Assembly (NCBI GenBank): GCA_964016885.1 | Contig: OZ024759.1 | Span: 17,360,001-17,424,000 of the forward strand | DNA from: Eledone cirrhosa | Lineage: Eukaryota | Length of the DNA: 64,000 nt | Direction: 5' to 3' | Notes under the pieces: model-generated | Told to the model about the DNA's origin: nothing | What the model saw: the letters and a program-made list of their open reading frames with translations, nothing else | Database searches by the model: none | Shown: one piece after another, positions 15,356 through 29,610 of the stretch | Layout: every line of letters begins with the position of its first letter | How positions within the stretch are numbered: the first letter of the stretch is position 1 | Made by a program: the position numbers and the translations under genes

Positions 15356-16643
15356 AGTCTTTCTCTATATATATGTAAAAGGTAAACAGAAATACCACGT
15401 CAAAAAACACACAGTTCACGCTGTAATGTGGCCGTGTAGGCAACACGGTAAAAACCTCCCAGCCCCACACTGTAAATGTGGTTGGTGTTAGGAAGGGCAT
15501 CCAGCTGTAGAAAACCCGCCAGATAGTCCTATGCAAGCAAGATAACCACTCTTGCCTGAAGTGGGAAAACCCTCCGTCCAAACCCATGCAAGCGTGGAAC
15601 ACGGACGTTAAACGATGATGATGATGATGAAATACCAACACAATCGGTACAGTTGTATATATAATAGATGGAATTCAGATGTATATCAGGAGGTGGGTGG
15701 TGCATAATATATGTATGCTTCAGCTTCTGGCCAGATACAGTCACTTTAAATGATAACTAATATTTGAGATCAGCAAAAACTATGTTCCCTTATACATATA
15801 CATACTACTATTAACTACATCTACTTCTTTGTGATGACATGATAAAACCTTTCCATCTCATATGATCCAACATTAACTGCCTCAGTTCTTTACCAGATAA
15901 TTCTGTATCTTCCTCAATGACTCTCTTTAATATCTAGAGAGGTTTTCCATGTTTGTGTTTCAAATTAGCGGACTTCCATAGTAAAAGTTTTGTAGCAGGT
16001 TCATTGCTACTCATGACATGACCTGTAAGTTGAAGACGCCTGACACGGATGGTATGGCTAATGGGCAGGAGGTTGTCGTAGAGAAATTTATTTCCAACAG
16101 TCAAAAATTTGAAATATATATAGTTCGAAGTTCGGTGTAGATGTTTAAAAATCTTTTATTAATATAGTTGTGATACGTATTTCAATGGAGATCAGGAGAA
16201 CAGACAGCAACCATGAAAACATATCTGTCCATTCCCTTGTCTTTAGATTGGATTGTCGCAGAAACATAACCTTATTATAGAAGAAGTTGTCAGACGATGG
16301 AGAGTGGCCGGTAGTGTGATTGAACTAACAAGTAGCCATGATTGACATTGAAATATATATCACAGCTTTATGAATAAATGTCTACACCGAACTTCGCATT
16401 TACCATTATTCTAAATATACTCTGTCATGGACTGACAAATTATATTAGGAAGAAAACATATGACGTTGAGTGCTTAAGTCCAGTTGCATCATTATTCACT
16501 GATCGGTGTGTTGCATTTGCAACCATGATTACTCAACATGTTTATTGTAAATATATATATATACATATAAATACGTGTATATATATATATATATATTTAC
16601 ATGCATATATGTAAATATATATATATATATACACGTATATATT

Positions 16644-16684
<41 letters not shown>

Positions 16685-17216
16685 TTACATGCATATATAT
16701 ACATATTTACATGCATATATATACATATATGTATATATATATATATATATATGCATACATACATATAAATACATGTGTATATATATATATATTTACACGT
16801 ATATATTCATTCATACATATACATATATGTGTGTGTGTGTGCATGGTGCTCCGTTAAATAAAAGTCAGTTAAGGTACTCAATACTTTAAGTAGAGAGGGT
16901 AATTAGTACTTAATTTCATTGCATATACAGGACTAGCACCATTTCAACACCGAATGAAACAGTACCAGTCCTGTATAGGTAACTTCTAAATAAGATTATA
17001 TATACTCTTTTACCGGCTGAGGCCATGCTGGGGCACCGCCCTTCAATATATATATAATTAAAAACGGTATCCCGAAATAACCAAAACTAAATAAGGTACT
17101 CAATACGTCAGTTCTGAATAAACATATTTATTATATATATATATATACTGAAGTAAAAGTTAAGTGGAAATATCCAAGAGTAAGAGCACTCGGGCCATAG
17201 GTCCATTTTTTTCTCA

Positions 17217-17268
17217 CGATAGGCTGAAGAAATTGGGGCCCAGAACCCAACGAAACTTGTCACTATTG
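17217..17268 (+). ncRNA. Degenerate minimal hammerhead-like motif
   Basis: CGATAGG-CTGAAGA-AATTGGG/CCCAAC-GAAAC TT GTC-ACTATTG. Confidence 0.45.
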
Positions 17269-17666
17269 TAATTATATATATATATATACACACACACATA
17301 ACAACTAGTTATCACATAATTGCAAACGAATCGAATATTATTATTAATATTCGAAAACCTCAGATTACACACACACACATATATATATATATATCATGTA
17401 AACAGCGATAACAAAGCAAATGACACAGTACAAGATGAAATGTATTAGTCTAACGGATACCACGTAAATACAAAGAAATTGTGTTAATCTATTCAATTCA
17501 AAATAGATGTTTAAAGATTTTCCACTAAACAGAAAATAAATATAAGTAAAATATATTTAAACAGAAAACAACATGCAAGAAGCTTTCGATGAATAAATAT
17601 ATACAAAACATCATGGAACGTGGAAAGGTTTGAAGCGTCAATAATGAAATGAAATAGAAATATTAC

Positions 17667-17685
17667 CTTCTTCCTGTCCATACAT
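17667..17685 (-). CDS. POLR2B: RNA polymerase II subunit RPB2, coding exon 1 (MYGQEE)
   Basis: ATG TAT GGA CAG GAA GAA G|gtaata; 19 nt phase-1 exon joins in frame to the next exon and resembles the vertebrate N-terminus MYDADED. Confidence 0.85.
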
Positions 17686-17854
17686 ATTTATAATATAAAG
17701 GTCGTTCGATTTTTAATTCTATAGATGGCAGGGAATCCCGATTAAATGTGAACGAATGATTATTAAAAAAAAAACGACAATAGATTGATTGTATAAAGGT
17801 ATAAAAACAATCTATTAGACAAAGCTATGAAATTTACATGTCGCAATTATGGGA

Positions 17855-17863
17855 CGCCATTTT
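17855..17863 (-). promoter_or_regulatory. YY1-type motif near the POLR2B transcription start
   Basis: AAAATGGCG on the gene strand, 170 nt upstream of the ATG; typical of housekeeping promoters. Confidence 0.5.
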
Positions 17864-18054
17864 GCCGAATAGTGATATAGTAAAGCAGTGATGGTGGTGG
17901 TCAGAGTAATAGTGAGTTATAGTGCTTGTAACGATAGAGTAATAGTTTAATAGAGGGGTTTAGTGCGGGAAGTGAGAGTGTGATTTGCGAGGAGTGGTCT
18001 GAGGTGTCACATAAGGTAGAATCTTAGTGAATGATGGTAAAAAAAAAGTAATTA

Positions 18055-18069
18055 CCGGAAATGACGTCA
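18055..18069. promoter_or_regulatory. Composite ETS + CRE motif in the POLR2B promoter
   Basis: CCGGAAATGACGTCA = CCGGAA adjacent to a perfect TGACGTCA, ~370 nt upstream of the ATG. Confidence 0.5.
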
Positions 18070-20199
18070 TTACACACTAACATGTGCACATTTTCGTCAG
18101 CTCGTTTTGCTCCCTATAGAAAATGATGTAACTTACATGGGTGATGAGAAACCCCTACCCCACAAATCCACTCGAGCCCTGCATCACTAGGGTGGCGATG
18201 TAGAGTATAGCTAAACATAAACTATAATTTTTAAAAAAACCTTTAGCATGTAAACCAGCCGGATCGAGTCATAATTCTCTCGCCTCTTTCTGTTCAAACC
18301 GGCCATAACCGGCTACTCATACTTATGTTAAGGTATTGTTCTCAAAATAAATAACATCAAAATCTCATAGATTCGATACTGCGTGAGGTAAAGTGTTTAC
18401 CGTGAACATACAATAATAAATATAGAGTAATGTAAATGCTTTTGGTTGTTTCTTTGAAGTAAATAAATGATCGTTATAAAGTTAAACTATTATAAATTAA
18501 GCATCTTAGTGATCCCCCATCTAGATATGTGTAGTGGGTGTATTTATCGTGTAGGTCACCAACTAGGAAGACTGTCATGTCCTTGACATGATTGAGGAGT
18601 CCTCCCAGCCCTTGTATAGCCTAATATATATATATCATCATCACTTTTTAACGTTCATCTTCCATTGCATGCATGGGTTAGACCAATGGTTCCCACCCTT
18701 TTTTTATTTTAGTTCATGACGCAATTTGAACCCAGAATTATTCTGTGGCCAGAGATAGGGAGGGGTGGAGAGATGGAGGCGATGACAGTGGGAGTTTGGT
18801 TCCTCTGTGTTTGGACCTGGTGTACATGTGTATTATGTTATTTGTTAAAATTCAAATTTGTATGAAATTATTATAGCTTAAAAAATTACTTTCATTTTAC
18901 ATAGAATAGATGTAATAAAGATACAACTATGTCTATTTTCATAATCTAAGTATATTAAAATTATTTACATACATTTAATTTCATTAATTTAATGACTAGT
19001 ATTCAATAAAATCTCTATGGACCATTCAAAAAGCTGTGGCCCATATATTTGCCTGGTGGCCCAGCTGAAATTTGCCATGGCTCATTTTAGCCATGTGGCC
19101 TTATGTTGGAAAACATTGGGTTAGACTAGTTGTCATGTTATGAGTCTAGCCATGTCAGGCAATCATGTTTTGTTCAATCATCTATTTTCGGCTTGGTTTT
19201 CTGTGGCTGGATGCCCTTCCTACTGCCAACTGCATTACAGTGTGTATTGGGAGCTTTTTTTATGGCAGTAGCACTATCACCTTACAAGGTGGAGTAGGTG
19301 CTTTTTTGTTGTGACACCAATACAGCTACTTTAGAGGGTGGGTTGTGCTTTTTTGTTGTTGAGGAATCAACAAGGCCATCTTACAGGGTAGAATGGGTGT
19401 TTTCATAACGTTTTTGGTTTGATTCCTGGACTTGGTTGTGTGTTGTCTTCTTGAGCAAAACACTTCCTTTCACATTGTTCCACAATACTCAGCTGAAAAT
19501 GAATACTAGCAACAACAGCTGGGGGTTTAATGCTGTAATGAGCTGGTATCCTGTCCAGAGGGAAGTCTTGTACTCTCAGTTACTTAACACCATGGAAACT
19601 GTGATAAACACTGGCCTGATGAACTGTCAGGCTTGAGACAGACTTTAGACTTAAGACCAACATAATCGGAGAATAGGTGTTGAGTGTCTCTGGCTTTCTA
19701 TGGTTGCATGCATGGGTTGTACGGAAAAGGTGCAACAGGAGTATGGAGGTAGTGATAAGAGCGTAATACAACCTGTTTTTAATGCTATGCTAAAGTGGAT
19801 ATATTTTTTACTCCATATTTTCCCCTTAATCTTCCAAAAGCTGTTGAAACTAATGCAATTCTTCTTTTCACATCATCAAATGTTGATGGTACAATTGATC
19901 TCAATAAGACAAAGCTTTCCACATACTCTATTTCCCCATCCAACAGAATTGCATTAGCTTCATCTACATAAGCATATTTCTCCTAACATTGTTGGCAGTG
20001 TAGACGTTCTTAATTTTCTGACAAAAGGTTTTATGTATGCCAATCAATATTATGACACCGCTGTTCATTATTGTATTATGAATATTTTATTATGCTTTAT
20101 GTAATTAAAATAAACAAACATAGTATACAATATTTTTTTAAATAGTCCTTCCAGCACATCCTGTAAGAAGCAACCATCTCCAACTGATCCAGCTGGATC

Positions 20200-20950
20200 C
20201 CCAAGCAATATAGATGTTATCCAAGCTCATGGATGTTATCCAACCATCTTGCTCGGGGTCTACTCCTGGGTCTCCTGCTGGTTGGTTTTACCCATAAAAT
20301 CTGTTCAGCAATTCTTTCCTGAGACATTCTAAACACAAGTCCATAGTATCTGAGCTGTGATCTCTGAATCTGGAGAAGCAGCAGCTCTACTTGGAGTGAC
20401 TCCAAGCTATGCACTCTTTCAAGTAATGTTACTTCAAGATCCTTCGGAGGAACGCCATTTCAGCTGTTTGCATTCGCGATCATATTCTTTCGGTCATTCC
20501 CCAAGATTCATGACCATAGATAAGGGTTGGCATGAATACCAAATTGAAGATGGCGAATTTGACTTTTATGCCTAGCTCCCTTCTGATTACTGAATGCTGA
20601 AGTTGGTACATTACTGCACCACCTCCAACAATTCTTGGCCTTAATTCAGCCTTCTGCCTTCCATCACTCGTGAACACCCGAGATACTTGAACTTCTCTAC
20701 CTGCTTCAGTGGAACTCCATTTACACTCCACAGGCTTCCTTGAAAGGACGAGCATCTCAGTTTTCGCAGCACTGATTTTCATTCCAGCCATGCATCACTC
20801 AGCATCAAACTTATTGAGTAGAAGTTGGAGATCACCTTCTGTTGAGTTAAGTAACACTATGTTGTCTGCAAATTCCAGTCAACTGATTTTACACCCACCA
20901 GTCATGATACCACTTTCAAGCTGGCTGCGCATGTCAATCCTGTTCATGTA
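20200..20950 (-). mobile_element. Degenerate RTE-like LINE (RT C-terminal half)
   Basis: AGMKISAAKTEMLVLSRK, PTLIYGHESW, RSQLRYYG..FRM, RPRARWLD across broken frames. Confidence 0.75.
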
Positions 20951-22429
20951 AAGGAGAGGTGACAGTACAAAATGTTTGTCGTGTTATATAAAGATATATC
21001 ATTTTATTTTATTGTTGTATTTTGTATGATATCACCACATTACTTTCGCTTTATTTTGTTTTCTATCAGTTTAAAATTAACTTTTCCATTTTTTACCATC
21101 CTAAAATAAGATTTAACCAACATAGTACTATGGTTATAGTGAAGGATGATGGAAATAGTAACAGAGGAGGATGGTGGGAGGAGTGATATAGTAATATAGT
21201 AATAGTGGAGATGATGGGGGTGGGGAATTAGTAATAGAGTGTTGGTGGTAGTCATAAACAGAATAGTGATGATAATGGGGGTGGTCACAGAGTGGTAATG
21301 ATGGTGGTGATGGTGGGCCATATCTTTTGGAGTAACGAGGTTTGAGTACTTTTTCTCATATCTTCAGATCTCTCTCTTTCTCTCCCATACCTCGCATTGC
21401 AACATTTCATTAATAAGAAATTTGTACCCGGAAACAGGCGATGAATTGATAATAATAATAGTAGAGAGTAGTTACATAATGGTTTCTAATTTAGGCACAA
21501 GGCCAGCAGTTTTTATTTGGTGCGGGATGGAGTAGGGTGGTGGAGGGAAAGAGAGGGGCAAAGAGCTTAAACAAATGCTGCAAAGCATTATTGTTTGACG
21601 TTCTAACGATTCTGCCAATTCGCCACTTTTGATATTAAAAGCCCTGCCCCCTTCGGACTTCATTGACCATGAGTTTGCACCTAAAATATTTCTCTCCAAG
21701 TAAAAAAACAGGGCAATATGTTTTATGGAAGACCAGCAGTCTCCTTTCCACATCACCGATTTTGTTCAAGGGAAGGGCAAAAGCTGATACAGTTTGGTAT
21801 TAGTGCTGTCGCAAGTAATTTTTCCCCAGCTGAGTCGAATGGAGCATCGTAAAATAAAACGTTTTACTGAAAAATAGAACACGCCGCCCAACCAGTAAGT
21901 CGAACTTATGTCCGCAATATCTTGAGCCGAATACTCTAACCATTAAGCCATGCGCCTTCACTCGTAATGTTTGGTTTAGGCACACATCCAGCAATTTTGG
22001 GGGAAGGTAAAGTCGATTAAATCGACCACAGAGCATTACTAGTACTTTATCGCGACTTGGCTGGATTTGAACTCAGAAGGTAAAGGGTTGTAACTATATA
22101 CTACAAATCATGTTCACCCACGCTCTACCGATACTACCAATACATCGTCCTCACCCATGCTATATTAACAGAGTAGTGGTGGTGGTGGAGGAAATTAATC
22201 AACGGAAGCGAACTCTTTTGTGTGAAGATGCAGACAAGTGTGTGGTAAAGATGTGAGAAGGGCGCACATATAGATATCAAAAGAGAAAGTAGTTTGAGAA
22301 AAAGAAAGATAGAGACTAATACACAGATGCAGACAGAAATAAAAAAAAAAGTAGTTAGAAAAAGACAGAGGAAGAGCAAGCAGTTTGATAGATAGAAGAG
22401 GTATATACAGACGGGGAGAATGAGCGAGT

Positions 22430-22795
22430 AGTTAATGAGAGAGAGAGAGAAACAGAAAGAGTGATAGACAGAGGAAGAAAGAGCAAACACTTAGAGAGAG
22501 AGAGACCGAGGAAGAAATATCAATTAGTTAGAAAGAGAGTGAGACAGATAAACAGAGGGAAAAGGAGCAAGTTTGACAGAGAGAGAGAGAGAAAGTGCAA
22601 GTAGTTAGAAAGAGAAACAAAGTGCAAGTAGTTAGAAAGAGAAAGAGCAAGTAGTTAGAGAGAGAGAAAGTGCAAGTAGTTAGAAAGAGAAAGAGCAAGT
22701 AGTTAGAGAGAGAGAGAGAAAGTGCAAGTAGTTAGAAAGAGAAGGAGCAAGTAGTTAGAGAGAGAGAGACAGAAGGAGCAAGTACTTTGAGAGAG
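22430..22795. repeat. GA-rich repeat upstream of INPP5F
   Basis: Repeated GCAAGTAGTTAGA(G/A)AGAGA units. Confidence 0.8.
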
Positions 22796-22938
22796 ATGGG
22801 GTGAGGGAGAACTATCATATCATAGTATTACACCGTCTCCCACTACTTGAGATCAGCACTTAGCTTACCGACCGACTGACAGTTTGTGGCTCCTGTTATT
22901 ATTGTTTATATAGATATTACTATTTATTACAACTTACC

Positions 22939-23035
22939 ATGGAAGTTTACCAAACCGAAAACCATTTTATTATAGTGGATGGAACTCATTTACTTTGGTG
23001 CAGTCGGATAGACGGATCTTTAAAAGCTGAAACAG
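22939..23035 (+). CDS. INPP5F: Phosphatidylinositide phosphatase SAC2, coding exon 1 (MEVYQTENHFIIVDGTHLLWCSRIDGSLKAET)
   Basis: Resembles the human INPP5F N-terminus as recalled (MELFQAKDHYILQQGERALWCSRRDGGL); good Kozak ACCATGG; donor ACAG|gtgggt; 97 nt. Confidence 0.88.
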
Positions 23036-23759
23036 GTGGGTAATTCCCTTCGAAATGTTTGGGTGTAAAAAAAAAAAAAAGACGGGGACTGTTTTTAATT
23101 TATCGAATGTTACAGTTAATTAACTGATTATCTAGTCGTATAAAATAGTTCGAGGGATTTAATATTGGTTAACAGGGCACCAGTGTTTATATATATATAT
23201 GTATCAAGTTTGGTTTAGAAACCGGTAGAGCTTGATATAACGGGAAGAAAAAGTGTTGCTTTCTTGAAAATATACAAACATAGTGATACACATGTAGACA
23301 CTTAGACACATTTTCTGAAAAAAAAAAAAGTAGCAATGACTACGAGCTTTCCGTGAAAGACTTCATTTAGTAAAGGCTTTCGTCGAAGTTTCGAAGTAAC
23401 TGGCACCTTTTTTTTTCAGAAAATTAATTCTATACTTGGCTGACATGTATTGAGTTGTCATTCATATCTTGTTTGAACGATTTATGTATACAAAGTTACA
23501 TAATATATATTTATCACACAACGAGTGCGTATATTTATATATATGTGTGTGTGTGTATTTCACGTACGTGTGTATACATATACATTAGGTGTACGTGTAT
23601 ATGTATATACACGTATGTATAGGAATGTCTGATTGTCTATTTATTTATCTATCTTCTTCCTTATAATTTGTTGAAAATATATGTAAACAAAGATTAAAGG
23701 CTATATCCTTAGTATACAAGTATAGGCACGTATTATCTATCTATCTATCTATCTATCTA

Positions 23760-23942
23760 CGAGGGTCAGTTGTAATGTCCATAGGTTGACCAAGATACTT
23801 TCGCGGAATAGCCAAACGAGGTATATTTTTCAACATAGTCTCTGGAAAGAAACAATACAGTTATTAATAGGAAGATTTCACAGCCCTAGCATCATTCCTT
23901 GATAGTCGGCCTATGGCCTATGAACTTTTTAGCTGACCCTCG
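23760..23942. mobile_element. Tc1/mariner-type MITE
   Basis: TA-CGAGGGTCAG...CTGACCCTCG-TA; related copies at ~32090-32465 and ~32523-32722. Confidence 0.72.
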
Positions 23943-24354
23943 TATATATTATATATACACACACTAATATAGACATGTGCGTACGTAATTGCTCATGCAC
24001 GTGTATGAGACTGTTTCTGACGGTTTAACAGTGCTTTTTGTTTCTTTATTTTTGTAAAAAGATGTAAACAATATATTTGAACTATATTAAAGAAACCACT
24101 CTGTAATAAGCTAAGGGATTTAAAATTAAACACCGACACACACACACACACACACACGTATACTTAAACACAGGAAACTGAATTATGAAAATGAAATTAT
24201 AAGGAGAAACCATGCAAATCTTCAAAATGTCATACAAACACACGTTCGTTAATAGGAGTGTGTATATATACACACACGCACATATATATACATTGTCATT
24301 TAAAAAAAAATGACTGATACATAAATAATAAAGGCGTGAACACACCCTATATCG

Positions 24355-24912
24355 TTGTCTGTCTATCGTTATGCCCGTCTATCTATCTATAGTTATGCCT
24401 GTCTATCTATCTATCTATCGTTATACCCGTCTATCTATCTATCGCTATGCCCGTCTATCAATCTCTCTATCTATCGTTATGCCCGTCTATCTATCATTAT
24501 ACGCGTCTATCTATCATTATACCCGTCTATCTATCATTATACCCGTCTATCTATCATTATACCCGTCTATCTATCATTATACCCGTCTATCTATCATTAT
24601 ACCCGTCTATCTATCATTATACCTGCGTATCTATCATTATACCCGTCTATCTATCATTATACCCGCGTATCTATCATTATACCCGCGTATCTATCATTAT
24701 ACCCGTCTATCTATCATTATACCCGTCTATCTATCATTATACCCGTCTATCTATCATTATACCCGTCTATCTATCATTATACCCGTCTATCTATCATTAT
24801 ACCCGCGTATCTATCATTATACCCGTCTATCTATCATTATACCCGCGTATCTATCATTATACCCGCGTATCTATCATTATACCCGCGTATCTATCATTAT
24901 ACCCGTCTATCT
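24355..24912. repeat. 20 bp tandem repeat
   Basis: ACCCGTCTATCTATCATTAT x ~21 plus degenerate lead-in. Confidence 0.95.
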
Positions 24913-25433
24913 TTATGCACATCTTTCTATATTTATATCTAGTACTGTGGGTATATTTTCTTCAGAAACGGAAACAAAAACAAACATTATCCATAGGTAT
25001 GTCTAAGCCATCAGATATAACAGGTGTGGTAATGTTTGCTCTACCTATAGTTATTTTGTATTTATCTTTTTATTTTGAGAAGGGGGCAGGACAAATGTTA
25101 AGACATACTATTCTTCGATATACACCGAAATGTGGGGAAATTTAATTAGATTTAGAGGTAGGATTAAATTGAATATATTCCACTGGTGATAATTCAACAA
25201 AAATTGGTAAAACTGATATCTTTCGAAATGTGTACCAGTCATATGCTACATGATGGCAGTAATAAATGGCCTTGTTTTTTTTAATATTGGCTGCACCTTA
25301 TTACATATTATGGAAACACACGCACGGACAAATCAATATAAAAGGCTCATACTTAGATAACACCGGAAAATATCGAACACCGAAATGAACACACAGACAC
25401 ACATATATATAAGCATATACATACACATAAACA

Positions 25434-25690
<257 letters not shown>

Positions 25691-27087
25691 ATTTATATAC
25701 ACACATATATACACACCCACAATCACGCCTAACATCTTCCGATGCTTAAAAATATTTTGTTGAATGGAAACAAGCGTTGAAGAAATCAGCTGCTAAACAT
25801 AGACTCCTCTCTCATCCCCCCCCCCCCTCTCTCTCTCTCTCAGATATATATATACAATCTCTCTATATATATGCAGGTTCCCGAGTTGTGTCAGGAAGGG
25901 GAGGTGGGTAACAACAGTTACAAAGAATACTTAATACGTTGGTAGAGTATAGGCATCTTGGTGATTTCATACGAATGAAAAAGTTCTAGTCCTGTAGAAG
26001 TCATTTCTATATATATAATAAATACACACACACACACGTATATATATGTATTGTTTTTCCTAGCAATATACACAGTTTCTCCTCTCAATATTCAAAGAGA
26101 CACAATAGTGTTTACGATATACATACATAAACACCACTGTTGCTGTTTCATTCACGTATTGACATTCGTTTGCTTTCATTCATATATTTGCTGACCTAGG
26201 ACACGTTGACACACACATGCACTTACACACACTCACATGCACTCAGAAACACTCACTCACAAGCATGCACTCATACACGCACAGACACACTCACACACAG
26301 GCGCTCACATGGACTTACACATTCTCACACACATGCACTCACACGCATACACAAGCATACATTTACACGCATGCACTCACTCACACGCACACTCACACAC
26401 GCACTCATATTTTCACACACATGTACTCAAGCATATACACAAACATACACACAAACATACACACATACACATGCATGTATCTACGCCATGTTCTCTCTGT
26501 TGTACAAACTTTCTCACGCAGTTGCACTAATATTTCACATTCAGTGACGTGCAGACGTATCTTTCTTCATTACACACACACACACACACACATACTGATG
26601 TATGGCCATACACACATTAAGGAAGGGCACACTAGTGTGTGCCCCCACCCCGCCACATAGGATAAGCGTCACTATTAGTTCAACTAAGGAGCCACCTAGG
26701 GCACAGACATCAAAGAAGTGTATAACTAATCTTCAAAGGATCACAGTTTTATACAAATTATAATAATTTTCTGTTATCAATAAATAAATCACCAATCATC
26801 TGAGGCGTTGTGGAAATCGAACTATCAAAATCGTTCGAGGAGAGGGGCGTTTGGTGTTATGACCAGTAGCATGATTTGTTGTGGATGGTGCAGTGGAAAA
26901 TGCAGGCTTAGTAATTTTTTTTAATGTTAGAGCAAGAAGTGTAAAAAAAACTAGGTCTGTCAGCTTATGAAATTGTATTTGTGGGAAAGGGGTACACATT
27001 ATAGAGCTAGCTTAGGGTGCTAAATACATAAGTGCCGGCCCTGATCTCACAGTGACGTAAGAAACACACACTCACTCACTCACACAC

Positions 27088-27121
<34 letters not shown>

Positions 27122-27664
27122 ACACACTCACTCACTCACTCACTCACTCACTCACTCACTCACATACTCACTCACTCACATACTCACACACTCACTCACT
27201 CACTCACTCACTCACTCACTCACTCACACTGGAGTATGACCACACAGACTTTGATGTAAGCCATATGTATGTAAACATATACACACTAATGTATGGCCAT
27301 ATACCTTAACGTATGATACATACACACACATAAATAAATAAGCTCGCACTGGCTTATGTACACTCAGGTTAACTTTGCCTTTCATCCTTATGGGGTCGAT
27401 AAAATAAAGTACCAGTAATACACTGGGTAATTGCTGGCCATGTGCCAAAAGTAGAAACAATTATCTGCTTACTCAAACACTGATACACACACACTAATGT
27501 ATGGCCATATACCTTAATATATGACACACACACAAGCTCTCACTGGCTTACACACACACACACACACACACTGTATATGACCACACCGATATTGAGGTAA
27601 GCCATATGTATATACACATACACACACCAGTGCATAACCATACGCCTTAACATATGGCAGATAC

Positions 27665-27711
<47 letters not shown>

Positions 27712-28717
27712 AAGCTCACACTGGCTTACGTAGACACATTGTTATCTGCATACTCAAACACTCGCAAGAAAAAGCATGAAATTTAGAGCTTGTGCTTTTG
27801 CAGGTTTAGCTGGCCCCTTATGAGGTTGCATCTCATGGGTTTCTTGGCTATTTTAATGGCAGGGGTCCAAGTCGTATGAAAAACATGAAATGAAGGACCT
27901 TGCTCAAGAACGAAACACCCTGCTCAGTCCAGCAATTGAATTTACGACCTTATGATCATCACATGAATACAATAGCAAGGAAGGGCACGTGAATTATTTT
28001 CACGTGCTCTTCAACACAATGTGCACGCTTATGCATACTAAAACATGAATGTATGTATGCACATGTGCATCTATCTGAAATTCACTTATGTGATGCAAAT
28101 ATACAAGTTGACTGCTATTTTTGAACATGCATGCATACATGTGCATGCTAATAAATTGACTGTGCTGAAGATGTTTGCATAGCAACTATGTTGTACCTTG
28201 AGCAAGTATTTTCTCTACTATAGAAACAATGCTATCACATGTTAATCTATGCTGTAAGTAGATCTGTACAAACATTACAGGTTTTTAAATATTCATCCCT
28301 TTAGCACTTACATTACTCTATATATACTATTATACTTCCACAGTAAAGGCTTTACTTCACATAATTATCTCACATAATATCAAATCTAAGGGCAGTGGGT
28401 TGGCAGTATCGGTAGAGGGTCGGACGCCATGCTTTGCAGCAAAGAATTATGGCCCTTTATGGTCTGAGTTCAAATCCCGTCGAGGTTAACTTTGCCTTTC
28501 ATCCTTACGAGGTCGATAAAATAAAGTACCAGCAATGCACTGGGTAATTGTCAGCCTTGTGCCAAAAGTAGAAATAATAATATCAAATCTATGGGATTTT
28601 CATATTATTTATTTTGAGAACAATACCTAACATCAGTGTGAGCAGCCGGCTACAGCTGGTTTGAAGAGAAAGAGGTGAGAGAATTCTGGGCGGATATGGC
28701 CGGTCTAAATGCTAAAG

Positions 28718-28917
28718 CAGGCATGTCAAACATCCGGGCCTTTACAAGCACACCAGCAGCCCACATAAAAAGGTTTTTACAGCGTGAGCATGTTTTATCT
28801 TTGTAATATAAAATTAAAAAAATTTAGTTGTAATGTGCGCAATTAGCTGTCATGTGTGGCCCTCAGACAACACATGACCCATGTGGCCCTTGGGGCACCC
28901 TCAGTTTGACATGCCTG
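28718..28917. mobile_element. hAT-like MITE nested in a piggyBac-like MITE
   Basis: Perfect 14 bp TIR CAGGCATGTCAAAC/GTTTGACATGCCTG. Confidence 0.65.
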
Positions 28918-29421
28918 AAAGGGTTAAGCATGTAAACATATCTTGTCTACATATTTCTCTGTAGATTGAAAAAGATGAACAGTTTGACTTTGTTGAGATC
29001 TTCATCAGAAACTGTCTATATTCATGAAGATATATGCAGCCAAAGGCTTTATACCCATTGGGGATGGTAGAACTATAAAACTGGATCTAGTAATGTGCGT
29101 AATTATAGTAATTAACCCTTTAGCATTTACATTATTACTCTATAGGGTGGTGGATTGGCAGTATCGGTAGAGGGTCGGACGCCATGCTTTGACGCATAGA
29201 GTTGCCATTCTGAGTTCAAATCCTGCCGAGGTTAACTTTGCCTTTCATCCTTACGGGGTCGATAAAACAAAGTACCAGTAATGCACTGGATAATTGCTGG
29301 CCTTGTGCCAAAAGTAGAAACAATTATTACTCTATATATACTATCATATTTTCGTGGTAAAGGCTTTTATCTCAACTAACATCGAATGCATGAGATTTTG
29401 ATATTATTAATGTGTGCAAAA

Positions 29422-29610
29422 AGGGCGGTGGATTGGCAGCATCGGTAGAGGGTTGGACGCCATACTTTCCAGCATAGTTACGTCCCTTTACGATCTGAGT
29501 TCAAATCTCGCCGAGGTTGACTTTGCCTTTCATCCTTACGGGGTCGATAAAATAAAGTACCAGTAATGCACTGGGTAATTGCTGGCCCTGTGCCTAAAGT
29601 AGAAGTAATT
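29422..29610 (+). mobile_element. tRNA-derived SINE family 1 (~190 bp), representative of ~20 copies
   Basis: A box TGGCAGCATCGG, B box GTTCAAATC, core GCCTTTCATCCTTACGGGGTCGATAAA; TSD ATTATTAATGTGTGCAA; copies near 28390, 29144, 37330, 37530, 42220, 42427, 48914, 51141, 58195, 58541, 63188, 63415. Confidence 0.85.

Noticed and set aside
28975-29020. Other CTGATGA matches (29002-29008 minus, 35588-35594, 57153-57159)
   Set aside because: No properly placed GAAA + stem III + NUH + stem I, so not called hammerheads
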